Notes: generated from the letters alone by a model not told the origin. Positions 26,037 to 41,064 are shown, counted from the stretch's first letter. The stretch: DNA of 64,000 bases from Azolla caroliniana (GCA_043228905.1 JBHGNT010000013.1:12090001-12154000), one strand, 5' to 3'. Translations and numbers: made by a program.

Positions 26037-27955
26037 CTGGTATCTTGCTGTCCCTTTGGGCAACTTTGTCCCCCAGAGAATACAGAAACAGAGATTTAAC
26101 ATGATTATATGAGAAACGAGCAGCAGAGAAGCTATAGCAACATCCTATGAACTCTCGAGTCTCGAGCTGTTGTCGTTTTGTCAAGCATTGCAAAACTACC
26201 ACTTGTTGACGTTTCTGTTCGCAGTCCGGCAAAATGGCCCATTTTCTTGTTGGAATTGATTATACATCATACAAGAACATGCTCTTTTTTATTCATGAAT
26301 TGGTGGTCACAGAAGCATTTTTATAATTGTATAGATAATGGCTGACAATTTTCACCATTTTCAAAGCTAAATTTGCTTACAAATTTCCAGTCTTCAGTTG
26401 AAGAATACAGTCGTGGAATTGTTTGTAATTTTATTTTCCAATGCTCAGTTAAAGGATGCAGCCTTGGAATTCGTTATTATTTTTTCTTTCTTGCAACAAA
26501 ACATTGGCTCTGTGAAAGCTGCTGGATGTGAACATTTTTCAGAATCAGTGCAAATGTGAGTCTTTCATTTCATCAAAAAAGATTATACAGATCAGTCTCT
26601 CTTGTGTAGGCTCATATAGTTGAGTTTATCAAAGGTCCAATAAATTCAATGTTTGATTGTGTAATTACTTAGAGCTATAGCATGTAACAGCTTATGGATG
26701 TAATATAGTAATCTGAGTGAAGCTGTCTATTTGGATGAAATGCAGAATTGAAGTTGTCTTCGATGGATCATAGTTGTTGACATTAGTTATTATCAGTCTT
26801 CAATGAATTGTTAGATGGATTAGATTTCACATTGTTTAATATTTTCCCACTAAGCCACTCTCTTACTAGAAATCCACTTTACCTAATAGATTTTCACCAC
26901 CTCAAACAATACAGTTTCATGTACTTTTTTGTGAACCTAGTCTAAGATACAAAACTGGTATAAGGAACTATTGAAGGCGTGCATAACTTTATAATAAACT
27001 ATTATTGAAGACTTGCAAAGCTAATATAAGAAACTATTAATGAAGGCTTGCCTTGACTAGGTACAAAACAACGTATTAGCAAAAATACTAAAATATTGGA
27101 TTATTATACAACCCTTATATGTTGTAATTTCATGATTATAGTCATTTATGGTTCAAGCCTATATGTTGAACCATATGTTGCATTCATCTAGTCCTCGAAC
27201 GTAAAATGTCATACCACTTTGCTTGACTAGATTTTTGCCAACTCAATAACCCAAAGTTTTACCAATGCATCAATAGCAAAAGACAAGTAAATTCAGATAT
27301 TTTGTCATAATTTAATGTATAGATCATTGTACTTTCATCAGTACTCAACGTCACTCAAATATTCTGGGCATTCATAATATAGTTTTTGGGCAAGTAAAAC
27401 TTGATATACCAACCTACAAATTTCACACCCATGTGCAACATTATTTTAACAATGGATGCCTTCATCATCAGATGATATATGGGGAACATCAAAATAGACA
27501 AACGATCATAGAAAGTTGGTTTCCCAACTTTCCGAATAAGCTAAAAAGATTAAGCCATCTTCTTTGTATTCGTCATATAGCCTAACGTGAACTAGGTCAT
27601 TATTTTGCAGTGTATTAGATTATTTGTTACCAGGTGAAACAAGGAAAATAGACAAAATTCCACGATAAAGAAGATAAAAGGGAGACAAATGTACAAATCA
27701 TTATCTGATTGAAATCATTTACACATGGATATTTCAAACAAGGAAAACATAAGTTCTTCGGATATTCCAACTTGAAATCATTACATGGATATTCAGTACA
27801 GACGTTAACTACACCTAATGTCACCGCCCAAAGGGTTTGCCTTATTGATTAGCCATTTCCCTGTCTTGAGACAGAAAGGGAATTCTTGGGGGAGTCAAAG
27901 CATTTAGGGAACAAAATTGTATTGGATAGCTCTAACTGGTTTCCATAAAAACAAT

Positions 27956-30900
27956 TTACTTCTTCTTCATTGGCTTGGATTTTCCAAGTGGAATTATCTG
28001 TGCTTGCGCCTCATTAATGGTTTTGTTCTGGTTCTCCCAAGTTGGGCTACCATTTCTGGGACTGTCATGATCCCCTTCCTTCTGCATTTCAAAAGAACCC
28101 CATAATACATTAGGCTCCATGAAAACAAAAGCATGCATAGTTGAAATATGAGTGTGTTTAATGAATTAGTAAGAGTGTATTGATTGGCATATCATTACAT
28201 GATACAATCGTTCTGCCGCATGCATCGGAAGAACCTGCCGCCGCATACAATTTGTAGGCAAGAAATTTGCTCTGTTTGGGTTGAGCTTCTCAAGCCGATG
28301 TGCACAAGACCTAGACATATAGCAATCAATTAATCAATTAAAAAGAAAAGTTGAATATATCTATCTATCTATCTCTATCAATCTATCTATATGCATACAT
28401 GCACTTGAACCCAGGAAGCCCTCTGCCGCTGAGCATTGCAGTTTCTGCAAAGTCAAGTCGTTTCTTCATGTAGCTCTTCATTTTCTGTTTAAATTCATAG
28501 CTCACATGAGCATCCATTCATAAGCACAGCATCGACAACCTATTGACACATGATTGTTAGCAGTCCTACTTGGAGCTCATCTTTCTCAGCTGTATTATCT
28601 TTCAAACAGCGAATTGTAACATCAAGCTCATTCATTTTCACAGAGAGAGGTACAATGTCTTCCGCTAGCTTATTCACAACTTCAGCATCCCCTTTAGGTT
28701 TAATCAGATTCTCATGCAAGGCTCCCTGCCGAAAAGCAAACCGTTATTTTTAAGGATAATGATAATCCAAGTTCTGAGAAATAGAGACTATTTTATTAAG
28801 TACGGCTTATCTTATTCACGTTTTAGCTTCATACCTGAAGCTCTGAGAGTGCACCATAATCATCACCATGTCTCTCACCCTCAGATCCAGAAATGGGATG
28901 GTTTTCTATGGGCCCCACACTTGGCTGTATAACTGTCACACTGTCATTTATCTCAACGTGCACAATACCATCCCCACTACTAGATTCAGCTGAGCCTCCA
29001 GTACAATGATCTTTCACTTCCATTGTTTCTGTCTGCTTCTCATGCAACCGGGCCTTGTCATGTCCTGATAATGTCAGGATGCCTGCTCCAAGTAGCTCCA
29101 TATCTTTAATGAGCTGCAGGGATTTATATTACCATATAAGCAGCTATATGAATTTTTTGCTAAAAGACAATTTTATGCAGACATCCTATTTGTGTGTAAA
29201 ATGATTTCCAACATAACTTCAAAGCAGAATCACCTTGTTCAACATCATCTCATGCTTGTTGAACTTCTCATCTTCTGACCAAGCACGGACCACTCCTTCA
29301 CCCTGTAAGTGAGCTGCACTATGGAAAACAGCATCGCCCTGAAAAACAGAGGCACCCTGAATCACGTGAACCACCCTGAATAACAGTCCTTTGCTATTAG
29401 GAAAAACAGAACCTTGCCTAACTCTGTTAAGTATGAACATATATATCTAACAATCTACCACCAAGCCTAAGACATCTTGAATAACCCCTTATGGATAGAA
29501 GAAATCCTTATTGGTAAATATTTGTGCATGATAGTGATAGGGTTCCCTCTCCAATCTTTTGACGCAACTGAATGAATGCGATAAACTCCTTTTAAGTAAC
29601 CTCTCTCCCATAATTACAAGATTTTTTAAGCACAAGAGGTCAGTAAACTTGGACGTTAATAATTTCCACAATTATGCAAAACATCAGTGTGCAAGGTTAT
29701 GAATTGATTACATCCGCAAATAAAATAGCTAGAAAGATGCTCTCATTAGAAATGAATTTCTCAAAGAGTTTGAATCCAACACAAAACCTCCTTAGAGGAC
29801 TCTCTCGAAGAAGGGTGGAACCCAGCTTGGAGCTCTTTATTCCTCTTCTTCAGCTCCAAGATTGAAGCTTTTAGAGCTTGTAAACCAGCTGCATCTGCCT
29901 TGGAAGCTAGCATAGCCTACAAAGTAACAAAATAATTCAAAAGAAAGAAAATAATGAAAAGAATTCTATAACGAAGGTTAGGCAAGGTAGTTTCAGACCT
30001 CCATTTGCAAAAGAGTGTCAGCATACCCCATCATACGGCTCGCATGTTCATTAATAGCATCTTTCATTACATCCAATCCTGGGGATGTCTCCTGAATGGT
30101 TGCAGCAGGCTGAGAAAAGTTTTCTAGCCTTTTTGATACCAGCACATTCAGATCGCTTCTTTCTTCCTGCACCAATTGATAAAGCTGTTATTGCAAACCC
30201 TCTTATTTAACCATGATGCTAATAGAAAAACTGTGGTGAACGCATAGATTCCCTTAGAATATTAGAACTATTTGTATCAGGTAGTGAAAGTTCTACCAAT
30301 TTTTCAATCTTATCGTTGATATTATCAAGCTCCAGCATCAAACTTTTGTACTTCTGCTCAAAGATTTAGATATTGGAAGGTCAAAATAATTTTTACTTGT
30401 AAATTGAATAACTTTCTAAATGGCTAAGGTACATGCATATTGGAAAATAAGTGAATACCTCATTGTCAAAGCTTGCAGGCAACTGACCACATCTACCATC
30501 TAAGCTCTGGTATGCAAATACATGTAATATGCTAAGTATGGATATTCTTTTCATTTGTGCACATTGTAGAACCATTTCAGATTATTATTCATATGTTACT
30601 TGTTATGTAAAAATCATGTCATACAATGACACAACTTTCACATTCTTAAAGCTAAAGCCAAAGGAAAACCAAACAGAAAGCATGCACTACCTGCTGTTTC
30701 ATACTCTCGTGTACCTGTAGCACTTCATCTCGATCTGCTTTCGTAGATATCATATCCTATTTCATCACAACCGTAGTGTCAAATAAGCAACTACACCTAA
30801 CAGGTCTCAATTACAAACAAACTTCCTGGTACTGGCCCTATGTAGAAGCTAAACGTATTCTTATAAATTTCCAACCTAAATAAAAGATACCAACTGTATC

Positions 30901-33900
30901 ACCTATGGCAGTAAAATAACATCAAGCATGCAGTCAAATCACAAATTGTGCCTATTAGTGAAGCTAATGAAGTGGCTATCCTTTAAGTTTGCCTTCATTG
31001 TGAGCCATTACACCTGATTGGTATCCAAAACAAAGAACCATGGAGCAAGAATAAGAATATCTAACTTTGCTAAACATTTAGAGAAATAAGTTCTAGCAAA
31101 ACCCTGACAAAATTCTTAACGGCAATTCTGCAAATTTCAGAGTGCAATTTGGTAGCAAATTCTTAGGGCAACTCTCTATATTCTAGTATAAGCTCTTAAG
31201 AAGTTTTAGCAACAGGAATATAGCAATCAAGAATAAACACTATAACCAACAGCGTAATGTACATGTAAATTTATCAAAAAGGGAGTAACCCTTCATACCT
31301 GAAGTTTCTGAAGTGTGACTTGAAATCTGATATAGCTTGATTTTATTTTTGCAAATTCAGTAGGCGATACAGTATCAGGTGTTTGTTCTTTCTGTGCTGG
31401 TACTTGTTCAGATCCTTGATCATTTGCTACACTTGGAATCACTTGGTTGACCTTTTCAGTCTCTATAGAAACTCCATCCGAAGAAAATATTCTCGGTGAT
31501 AAGATGTCGTGTTGTGTCTCTCCCAGGAGAGACACCTGTATTTGTAGTCCATCCACACATTTACGATCAGCTTTACTTCTTAACTGAGAAGCCTGGAAAA
31601 AGTTTTAAAAAATTGTCAGAATTTTCATCAAGAAAGACTGATTATTCAAACTAAGTCAGAATGTATAGTCTTAAACCATGATAAACTCACCATACTTCTA
31701 ATTTCTTCTTCTAAATATTTTAGGCGCCCATCAAAATGATCGTCATCAACTGACTTTGGAGGCTGTTCAATGAAAGCAAGGAATGTAAGTATATGCATTC
31801 CTGTGGACAAGAGTGAAGAAACGGAAATTCAAAAACAGACATCCATGGTCACGTTAAAAGACTTTCCCTGATTGTTTAACCTAAAATGTTATAAACCATG
31901 CACATCAAAATCAGCTCACCTCAACGGTGAATTCAGCTACAAAGGAGCTCAAAGTGATTTTTCTATAAATTAAAACCCTAAACCATTTTCATCCCCAAAC
32001 ATTCTGTAGGGCTTCATAAATTGTTTATTTGAAACAAGCATTCTCAAAAAACATAGTCTACTGCTCTTTGTGGTTGAATAAATGCCAAATAGCAAAATTA
32101 AAAGAACTCTAGTATGCAACATAATAATTACAAACTGTGTCATTTGAAAATAATATTGTACGATAAAGTATCAATTGTTCTGACAATTACAAATTATAAA
32201 CTCAATGCAGCATTATCCTGAAGACAAAAGTCTAATAGAAGCATGATCAAGATTTTTTTTAGTAGGTTCACAGAATCTGAAAGGTTAGTTCCATCAAAGA
32301 AAAAGTGACAAACCTTTTCTTCTGTTGTGATGTCAAACTTTAAGTCTCCATCTCGGATGTTGCTGTCTGCTGAAGACGTCCTCCTTGACGGAGGCATCCT
32401 CATTGACCGCATCTGCTTCCTAAGTTCATCATACGCAGTTTTCATTTTTTCAAGACCCTGCATATGTAAAAGCGTGAATTATATGCACAATTATATACAG
32501 CAATTACAACAAAAGTAAATCATAAAGCATTCAAAATGCAACCTTGAGAGTATGCATTTCTTTCCAAAATTCTCTGACTAAAAACCTGAAATCAAAATTA
32601 CAAAATCTCAAACCTCTTTGGCATGGGTTGTACTCCGGACAAGTTGATCCACAGTCTCACTATCTGCTTTTCGTTGAAGTCTGTTCTGAATCTCGTTCAC
32701 AGCGACCATAATGTCTGGGCAGACTGTGGTTGTGATACTTCCCCGTGTTACATCAAGGATTGGCTGCATCTCAATGTCTGATCGCAAATTCTGATAATGT
32801 TTAAAATTGAGATCAGCAACTAAACATACCAGTACTTATTTCAGGAAGTTAGATTGGAATTATGTGTCTTCATATACACAGGAAGAAAGCATTCTCTTTC
32901 TGACTGTATATACATGGTGATGTTGCTTTTTATTACTGTATATGACTTTCAAGGTTAAATCTTATGTTGCTTTAACATTATTAACAAGTTTGCAAACATT
33001 ATAAAGAACCTGCATTTAACTTGCATTACAGGGTAAAAAAAATTCAGATGCTTTATCTGCCACATTAATAAATAATTGAAAGGAAGAGACCAGATTACCA
33101 AATTGAAAATAAAACCATTTTTCCAAAATGATAGTCTGAATAATCATGTGATATTTATCTACATAACCTACTGGTTGCGTGTTTAAGCTACCATGAATCA
33201 CGTGATATCTATCTAGTATGTTTGAAGGGTTCCATTAACGCTCTGCTGAACCCTCCTGGAATGTGAGGTAGTTCAAGGACAAGTTACAATCAATGCTCGA
33301 CCATTTTTAGCTCAAGCACATCTTTTATTTAGAATGTTGAAGTTTGTCAACCAATCAATCTGGGAAGGACATGGCACATCAAAATGTGTCTAAAGTGGAA
33401 CATCTCTGTCCTTGTAGTCATTGATAAGTTTGAAGGGAAGGATCCAAAACCCCCAGCCAAGAAAAGCTATTTCTCTATTAGATCTCCATCATAAGCATCT
33501 CTCTAGCCGGTATATATCCTCTATATACAAATAAAGCTTACAATATGCACATAAACGCTAATATTTTTGTGGAAGAATTCTGATTTTATGTTCTTGTTTC
33601 CTTTCCTTCCATCTATCGTTTAATGATGCTACTGTGATTTGCATCGCCTCATTGATGCACTTGTCCATCCCCTTAAAAAGTTGATAGTAACAAATACTCA
33701 CCCTGCAGATCTTTTGAAGGGATTCGATATCAGAAGAATAAGCCTTGGCTGCACCTTGCACTGACGACTTCAACTCCTTAATCTGCAGATTCAGCCAACA
33801 TTGTGTTTGCATTTGTATTGTAAACTAAGAAAGGATAACAGATCGTTTCTCCATTTCAACACATTGAAATATATTTGTGCACATATTGTGAATGTAATCA

Positions 33901-36533
33901 GCCATTAAATGCTTGTTGTTTTCCACCCTCCTTATTCATTCAATAAAATATAACAGTTTTGGAGTCTTGAATTCACAGGCAGACCATCACATTCAAACAA
34001 AAGATAATCTACCTGATCTTCCAGTCTACTCATCCTTTCATTTTGGTCATCAAAACTTGCTTGTAAAGATTCCATTCTCTCATTCATTGGAACTTTAGAC
34101 TGTCGACTACTAGAATCCTTAGATTCGGATAGATTTTTCCCTTCATTGAAACCTTGGGTATTCTCCTCTATTGCAGACAGACGAGCTGGTAGTGACTGAA
34201 GGATGGAAAGATCAACACCTTGTAATCCTGCCATCACATCGCCATAGTTCTTTGCAATATCATCTAATCTACATGTCCAAATCATGAAAATATGGCTTTA
34301 GAAGGTATTATCCATGATCCATCAGAATGCCATTTGCACCCTCTGTGAATTATGATAACAATAATATTTTATGTGATGCCATTTTGGCTTATAACATTAC
34401 CCTTTCAATCTATCCTCGATCAGTTTTGACCACTTATTTTGCTCAGCTTCCTTCTCTGCTTTTAATGCGGCAGCTTTGCTGTATGGGTGCACCAAATACG
34501 AGTTAAGCATTGGATAATATCTGACAATGTGGCTTTCCCTTGAGTTAAGAGCATTTGAGCAAATTAGATGCTTCTAAGATAACAAAAGCTGCGCTTTATA
34601 CTGATCCTTCTCAACTTTTATATATTGTCGAGAAGGAGAGGCTACACCCATTCCATCTTCTTGTTACATAGCCCAACTGTTCCTTTAGATACAGTTTGGT
34701 GTTCTAGGTCTCTTGACCATTTGCTGCTGATCTAGGTCTAATTGGCATAGCCATCTCTCTTTCCATATAACAGAAAGGTGTTGAAATGTGAATAAACCGA
34801 ACAATTTGACAAGATAGTTGCATTCCAAGAATGCACAGATTGATATTGATTAAAATGTAGCTCTAGGTTGCTTCTGGACAATCATAACCGCCTGCAAATA
34901 TGATGGTAATCTTTTCCCAAATATCCTCGGTTTATCTTATTTTCTTCAATCAGCTTCCAATTCAGATCCAACATGCGTGTTCTTTGTATCAGAATGGGCT
35001 CCATGTAATTTCTCCGATAAAGATTGACCATGTATAGATAGGTGGAACTCCCTATGGGTGTCATAGATGAACCAACCTAGAGATACTGGTGAGGAATAAC
35101 TTTCCCATCCAACTTCATGCGTTGTATGGCCAAAATATCTTATGATCCCTATTATCTCTTATATAAATTCAGTCTACGCAAATAATATCATATCGAGATA
35201 ATAATAAAAAGGTTGTTAATCTTGTATGTTTTCTGAAATGGATCAATTTTGAGTGTTGAAATACCGAGCAGCCTTAGTAAATCTAACTTGGAGCCTCATT
35301 CCATTCTTCTTACAGAAATACGTTCATACATATTTCTTAATGGAAGAACCAAACAGCATTAGAAAGGCCAATTTGAAACGCCATTCCAGGGTCCTTTATA
35401 AAGCCATATATTTCAAGACTTGTAAGGTCAAAATGAGATGAAGTTACTAAGAAACAAAACCATATAAAGACAGCCACATAGTGACAGTGAGTTCTACAGA
35501 GCACAATGACATGGTTGAAATTATGAACCTGCATTTGCAAGGGGATATTGCTTCTTCTGATTCGAATTTCAGCATCCATCGATACATAGAGGATAGAAAA
35601 GAAGACCAAGTAAAGACCACAATTGATAATGTTGTCCCATGAAAGCCAGCATGATGAGGAAAAAGATACATTCGTATGTTATTTGTGGTTTTCATTTTAT
35701 AACACATCCATGGTTCACATAAACCACGCAGCCTTGACAGCCATTGGAGAACAGAAGACATAAAAAGAAGTAGGAAGGTCTAATCAAATATTAAACGTGC
35801 TGATGATGTCTCATGAAGCCAGCAATAAAGAGAAAAAAAATATGAACTTTATGTTCTATAATTTGTGATCTCCTCTTTCTATCACAACAAATATATTAGC
35901 TTTTCACAACCGCCAGTCATGAGCGGGCTCAGCATACATGGAAGCACAAAAAAGAAGGATTACAAAGAAAGAAAGAACTTGATGTTTTCAACGTACTCAT
36001 CCGCCTTTGATAGTGCATGCTTGGCATCCATTGAAGCATAGAAGACAGAAGAAGAAGGAAAGGAAAGAACCTGAGGTTTTCAAGCTCGTCTTTAAGCAAT
36101 GCAGCCATTCGTCCTTGTTCCTCGGCTTTGTCGAGTTTAGATCCCTGGATTGAAGAAACGTTCATAGATGGCCAATAGAATTCAAGACAAGACAAATAAA
36201 AGAATACGCCAACAGGAAGAAAAATAAATAAATTCAGAAAGCAAGAAGAAATCAAGAGGAGCAAGAATAAGAAGATCCAAAGAAGCTTTCGCCATGATCC
36301 ACCGTTATAACTCAAAAACCAAACAAAGAAACAGTGCACGAACAGGAGAGCTCCAACAGAAACCAAGAGGAGGAGGAGGAATGGGGAGGGAATCGGACCT
36401 GCAGAGAGAGGCGGGTGCAGATGGAGCGAAGCAGGACCTGCAATTTGGTCATGACAGGCATTTGCTGAAGAGTCACCAGGTCCTGGATGATGTCTTCGTC
36501 GGCGTCAGAGACGAGTGGCGGGGTGGACGCCAT
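27956..36533 (-). CDS. Large multi-exon (~19 exons) coiled-coil protein with recurring KAD motifs and a C-terminal CxxC; QRICH2/DUF4795-like (tentative)
   Basis: Short GT-AG exons have consistent phases where checked (36399-36533, 36071-36144, 34401-34478, the exon starting 34268, the 28399/28310 junction, and the last exon ending 27956). Peptides include LQRKADSETVDQL, LRSKADRKCVD, LRKADRDEV, LASKADAAGL and AMLSGRGLPGFKCMSCAHRL. Confidence 0.75.
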
Positions 36534-36865
36534 AGCTGCACAGGAGGCCAAGGGGAAGGAAGGAAGGATGGATGGATGGATGGAATCTTCCCTTCTTCTG
36601 CTTCTGCTTCTTCCTCTTTGTCTTCTTCCTTCTGTCTGCACTGCACAGAAGACAGAAGACAGAAGACAGAAGAGGAGGAAGTGGTGTTCTGTTGTGGAGG
36701 AGATATGGCGAAACCTTCCTTCGTCGAGAGTCGCGACCCTTTCTGCTCCGCCTTGCCCATCATCATCAAATCATATGCAATTTTCTCTCTCACAGTAAAA
36801 ATCGATCGCATAATTTCGTAAATAAATCAATAGATCAATAGATCAATAAATAAATGAAGAAGAAA

Positions 36866-37126
36866 AAGAATAGCGATTGTTAATAATCATATGTATGTAT
36901 GTAAAAAGAACTGTGTAATCGGGGAAGAATAGCGATAGTTAATAATCTAATCATTTGTATGTAAAAAGAACAGTGTAATCGGGGAAGAATAACGATAGTT
37001 AATAATCTAATCATATGTATGTAAAAAGAACAGTGTAATCGGGGAAGAATAACGATAGTTAATAATCTAATCATATGTATGTAAAAAGAACAGTGTAATC
37101 GGGGAAGAATAGCGATAGTTAATAAA
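36866..37126. repeat. Minisatellite, ~4.3 x 60 bp
   Basis: The unit GTAAAAAGAACAGTGTAATCGGGGAAGAATA(A/G)CGATAGTTAATAATCTAATCATATGTAT starts at 36901, 36961, 37021 and 37081. Confidence 0.95.
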
Positions 37127-39887
37127 TATATGTAAAAGAATAGCACGTACTCGGAAACTAAATCATTGTATTTCGCCCAAACCTCATACATAATTAACTG
37201 TGTTCGTGATTTCTCATATTTTCCCTCTTTGTAGAGTGAGTGCTTGAATTGTGGTCAAGCTCATATACGTAGTTAAGTAATCATTTATATTTTGTATTGA
37301 ATATTTATTAAGTACGAGAGTTTGCTCTCGTAATTCATTTATCGAGAGTGGTTGATACCCACTCTCACCCGTCTCCACTAACCAAAGGGTAGACTATGGA
37401 CCCTTCCCACACACGACCTCAAGGTGGTTGGTTCTCAAGGAATAACACTCAAGTGAGAAAGTGGTTTCTGAAAAGAATGCATAGAAAACCATATATATAT
37501 GATGTTGTTGCTAGGGATTAGAACCATCACTCAAAGCTTACGATTAACTTTTCATTTTCCTGATGTGGACATTGTAGATGAGGAAACATGTCAAACAAGA
37601 TACATATAGAAGTTTGAAGGATAGGGTAAAGGTACGATAAGAAGGAGGCATAGCTCAACTGGCAAGAGCTTTTTCCAAGAACGGTCATGTTTATAGACTA
37701 TAGAAGATCAAGTGCACGATTGTGGGATGGATGAAGAGAAATGCAAATAGATGGATGAGGATACCATCATTTTTCTTGCACTAAGAGCTCAACGAAAAGG
37801 AGTGTGTGCAAAGGTGAAAAAGTGAGGTGCATGCTAAAAAAGAGAGTCGTTATTTTTATTCGCATGAAGTGCCCCTAAGGCTTATAAAAGGAAGAGGCAA
37901 GCTTATTGCAAGGGATCAAAATTTGGATCAATGTGGAAGCACTCCCAAAATTTTGGATGAGTAGTGAATCAAGAGGGATTTCAAGAACACCGACGACAGA
38001 GGTAACAAAGTCGTCTCGTTGGTCCACTAAACCAAAACTCGAGGAAATCCTCTATGTTCTACCCTGAAATTTTATGTCTCTATTTCATGATCTATTTCCC
38101 TTTCAATTCACTCCATGTAATGGAGTTGAGATAATCTCACTTGTATCCACTCAATTTGTGAAATTTATATTTTTATATCAATATTTAGTTATTTCTTGTG
38201 ATTCTTTTTTCCGAAACTAATCATGATTAAATGAGGAAAACATGAGACATTTGGGCTCAAAATTCTGAGCTTAATTGACAAAAGGTGAAACTTAGATTGC
38301 CATCTTGAAAACCTCATCGTGTGAACACGAAGATTTTGTCTCAAGGGTCACAATGGAATTTTCAGATTGTGATTTCGACCACTGCGTGAGAAGTTGGAGC
38401 CTTCTCCTCACTCGAACCTTCTTCTCCTCATCTTTGAACCTTCTCCATCTTAAATGTTCTCCGCTTCCAATGTAAGAACCTCTTCTCTTCCAACATCCGG
38501 ATAGAGAATTCTAAATAATAATGTAAGTATATAGGCCTAATGTGCTACATAGATGTAATCATGTAATGCAAGATTCAAACCTTGCACATATAGAGCTAGA
38601 AGATTTGTACATATTTATCAATAAGGTCACTATTATTTAATGTTAAATTTCTCATAGATAAAATTTACGTATGAATATTTACTTAAAAAGCATTAAGACA
38701 AACCTTATGGGCACTAAACCAAATATCAATGGGAGGCCGAAAACCAACAAAACAATTCGATTTTGCAACCCATCCTCTATAGTTCAAGTCCCCAATGGTC
38801 CCACTCACATTTCACATGCACGCGTGTAACTTCGTGATACTGTAAGTTCTCGTGGCTATGTTAACCTAAGAATGACACAAGATATTGGTGACTAATTCTC
38901 GGCTAACGAGAGAATACTTGTGTTAAGCATTTGGCATGCAAAATGCAACATGCACCAATCACGAAGAAGAGCGCATCAACAAAGGACACCGAGCAACGAA
39001 GAAGACATACAAAAAGGGAGTAGAAGCATCCAATAGGGGGAAGGGTAACCCAATGGGCAACCTAGTGAGAAATGACCACTCACATAATGGAAAAGCTATA
39101 AAAGACACCTTGTGATGACTTTTTTGCTTCTTTTTCATTCTAAAAAAATCTCCTATTGGTTCGAACTTTAAGCCTCTTCTCCTTCTTGTAATAAAAAACT
39201 CAAGAGAGATCAGTGATAGTGTTTAGTAAATAAACACTAACTTCTCCTCCTTGTTGGTGCTAGACCTCTTAGTAAGAGGGTGAAATAAAACATATTCTTG
39301 GTCTTCTTCACTTTGTCTAAGTGAGTAAGCGAGAGATATTAGTACTAATTGTTTATCATAAAGTGAGTTAGCGGCTCAAAGGTATTTGACAACTACCTCT
39401 GCCCAGTTCACCACCAATAGGGTAAACGCCGGTCCGATCCCCAAGCAAACGACATTGATAGGATGCAAAACTCCATCAATATATAGAGGTGTTTCCGTGA
39501 GGCGCACGGATCCTACACATCTATTTGGCATTGATGCTAGGTATACGATCAACGCTTGAAGCTAGCGATGAGCTTTGCTTAGGTTCATAAGGCAAACCAC
39601 TTAGCTAGGAAGATATTCAGAAAAGAAGCATTCTATTTTTTAGTTAAAACCCTTTTTACCCACTTTGACATTTTATTTTCATTCTTATTTTCTATTAATC
39701 TCTTATTAATTACCTTGACATTAGCACTCTAATCATCCAGTTATCACTAATTATTTGTTGAGAATCGAGATTTAGTCGTTACATATCACAAGAGGATTAG
39801 CGTGATTCATGTTGAGAAGCATTCAAAGCAATCGAAATCTATTCGTTGGCGCCAGAATCGAATGTGGCACCATTAAAAAAAAAAAAC

Positions 39888-40080
39888 AGTCGAGTAAAAA
39901 CTCCTCAAGTGAAAGGTCGACAAGTGAAAAGTCGTCGAGCAGAAAAGTTAACAAGTGAATGGTCGACGAGTGAAAACTCATCGAGTGAATGGCCAATGAG
40001 TGAAACCTCGTCGAGTGAAATATTGACGAGAAAAACTCATCGAGTGAAAGGGTCAATGAGTCAAAAGTTATCGGGTAAAT
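39888..40080. repeat. Degenerate ~15-bp periodic repeat with a CGAGTGAAA core
   Basis: About a dozen variants of (T/A)CGAGTGAA(A/T) occur at ~15-bp spacing. Confidence 0.7.
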
Positions 40081-40852
40081 AACAAAATATAATTAAAAAA
40101 CTAAAATTTTTGACAAAGGAACATGGCTACTTCTACATGGCTGGTCTCTTCAAATCAAAGCTCACACCACCATTTGAGGTGGCCCAAATAGAGACCAATC
40201 AAGAGGCCACCACATCCAACCCCACTCGGTACTATGGAGGATGGTTAACCCCTGGGGCATTACCAATTATAAACATTCCCCCTAGCCCCTTCGCCAACGC
40301 ATCACTCGCCACGCCCTCGCACCATGAAAGTCCGATTAAAGACTCACAAAGCTTAGAACAACACCACAAAGATACAACGCAAGAAAATTGAACGATTCAA
40401 CAAGAAATCACTCTATGGATGGCCCAACTTACGAAAGGAGGATGGTCAGAAGTGCTCACTCAAGACATTGAGGCAGCATTGGCTAGGAGGAAGGAAGCGT
40501 ACGTGCTAACACAAGAAAAACTGTGGAAGCTACACTACGTTACCAACATAATCAACACAAATATGAATCGAACCCTCACTTGAGTACAATGTGTCAAATA
40601 CGGTCATATAATGGTCGTATTTGTTGGGATAACTAGTCCCTTTGGATGGGATGAGTTAAAGAGCCGGATCGGTCGGGAGTTGATTGGTTAGGGAGCCGAC
40701 TATTAGCCGGCTTGACATGAGAGCCGATTGGTCGGCTGAGGGACGACTAAGAGCTGGAAGCCAATTTAGCCAAAGCAGGCTACATTTGTAAATACATATC
40801 TATATGTTATGTACATATATACATATACATATACATATACATACATACATAC

Positions 40853-40897
<45 letters not shown>

Positions 40898-41064
40898 AAA
40901 CTAGGGCAACATGATATTGATGATGAATACATTATTAGAGTTGGATAATCAAAGTGTTGCATTGTAGTCTTGTGTTGATCACTCTGTGTGTGTATACATC
41001 TATCAAGACGAAGATTATCTCAAGGTTGTGGCTTTGAATCTTGTACAAACTCATACATAGTGAT

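Noticed and set aside
34600-35900. Short ORFs within an intron of the minus-strand gene
   Set aside because: They have no coherent motifs, and the flanking exons join in phase without them.
36866-37126. CRISPR-like array
   Set aside because: The units are contiguous and near-identical with no unique spacers, the context is eukaryotic, and there are no cas genes.
37644-37720. Possible tRNA gene (GGAGGCATAGCTCAACTGGCAAGAGC)
   Set aside because: Only an A-box/D-arm-like 5' part is present. No T-arm, B-box or acceptor stem follows.
37200-39860. Additional LTRs or solo LTRs and a TGGCGCC PBS-like motif at ~39847
   Set aside because: The sequence looks TE-derived, but I could not establish paired termini, TSDs or coding remnants.
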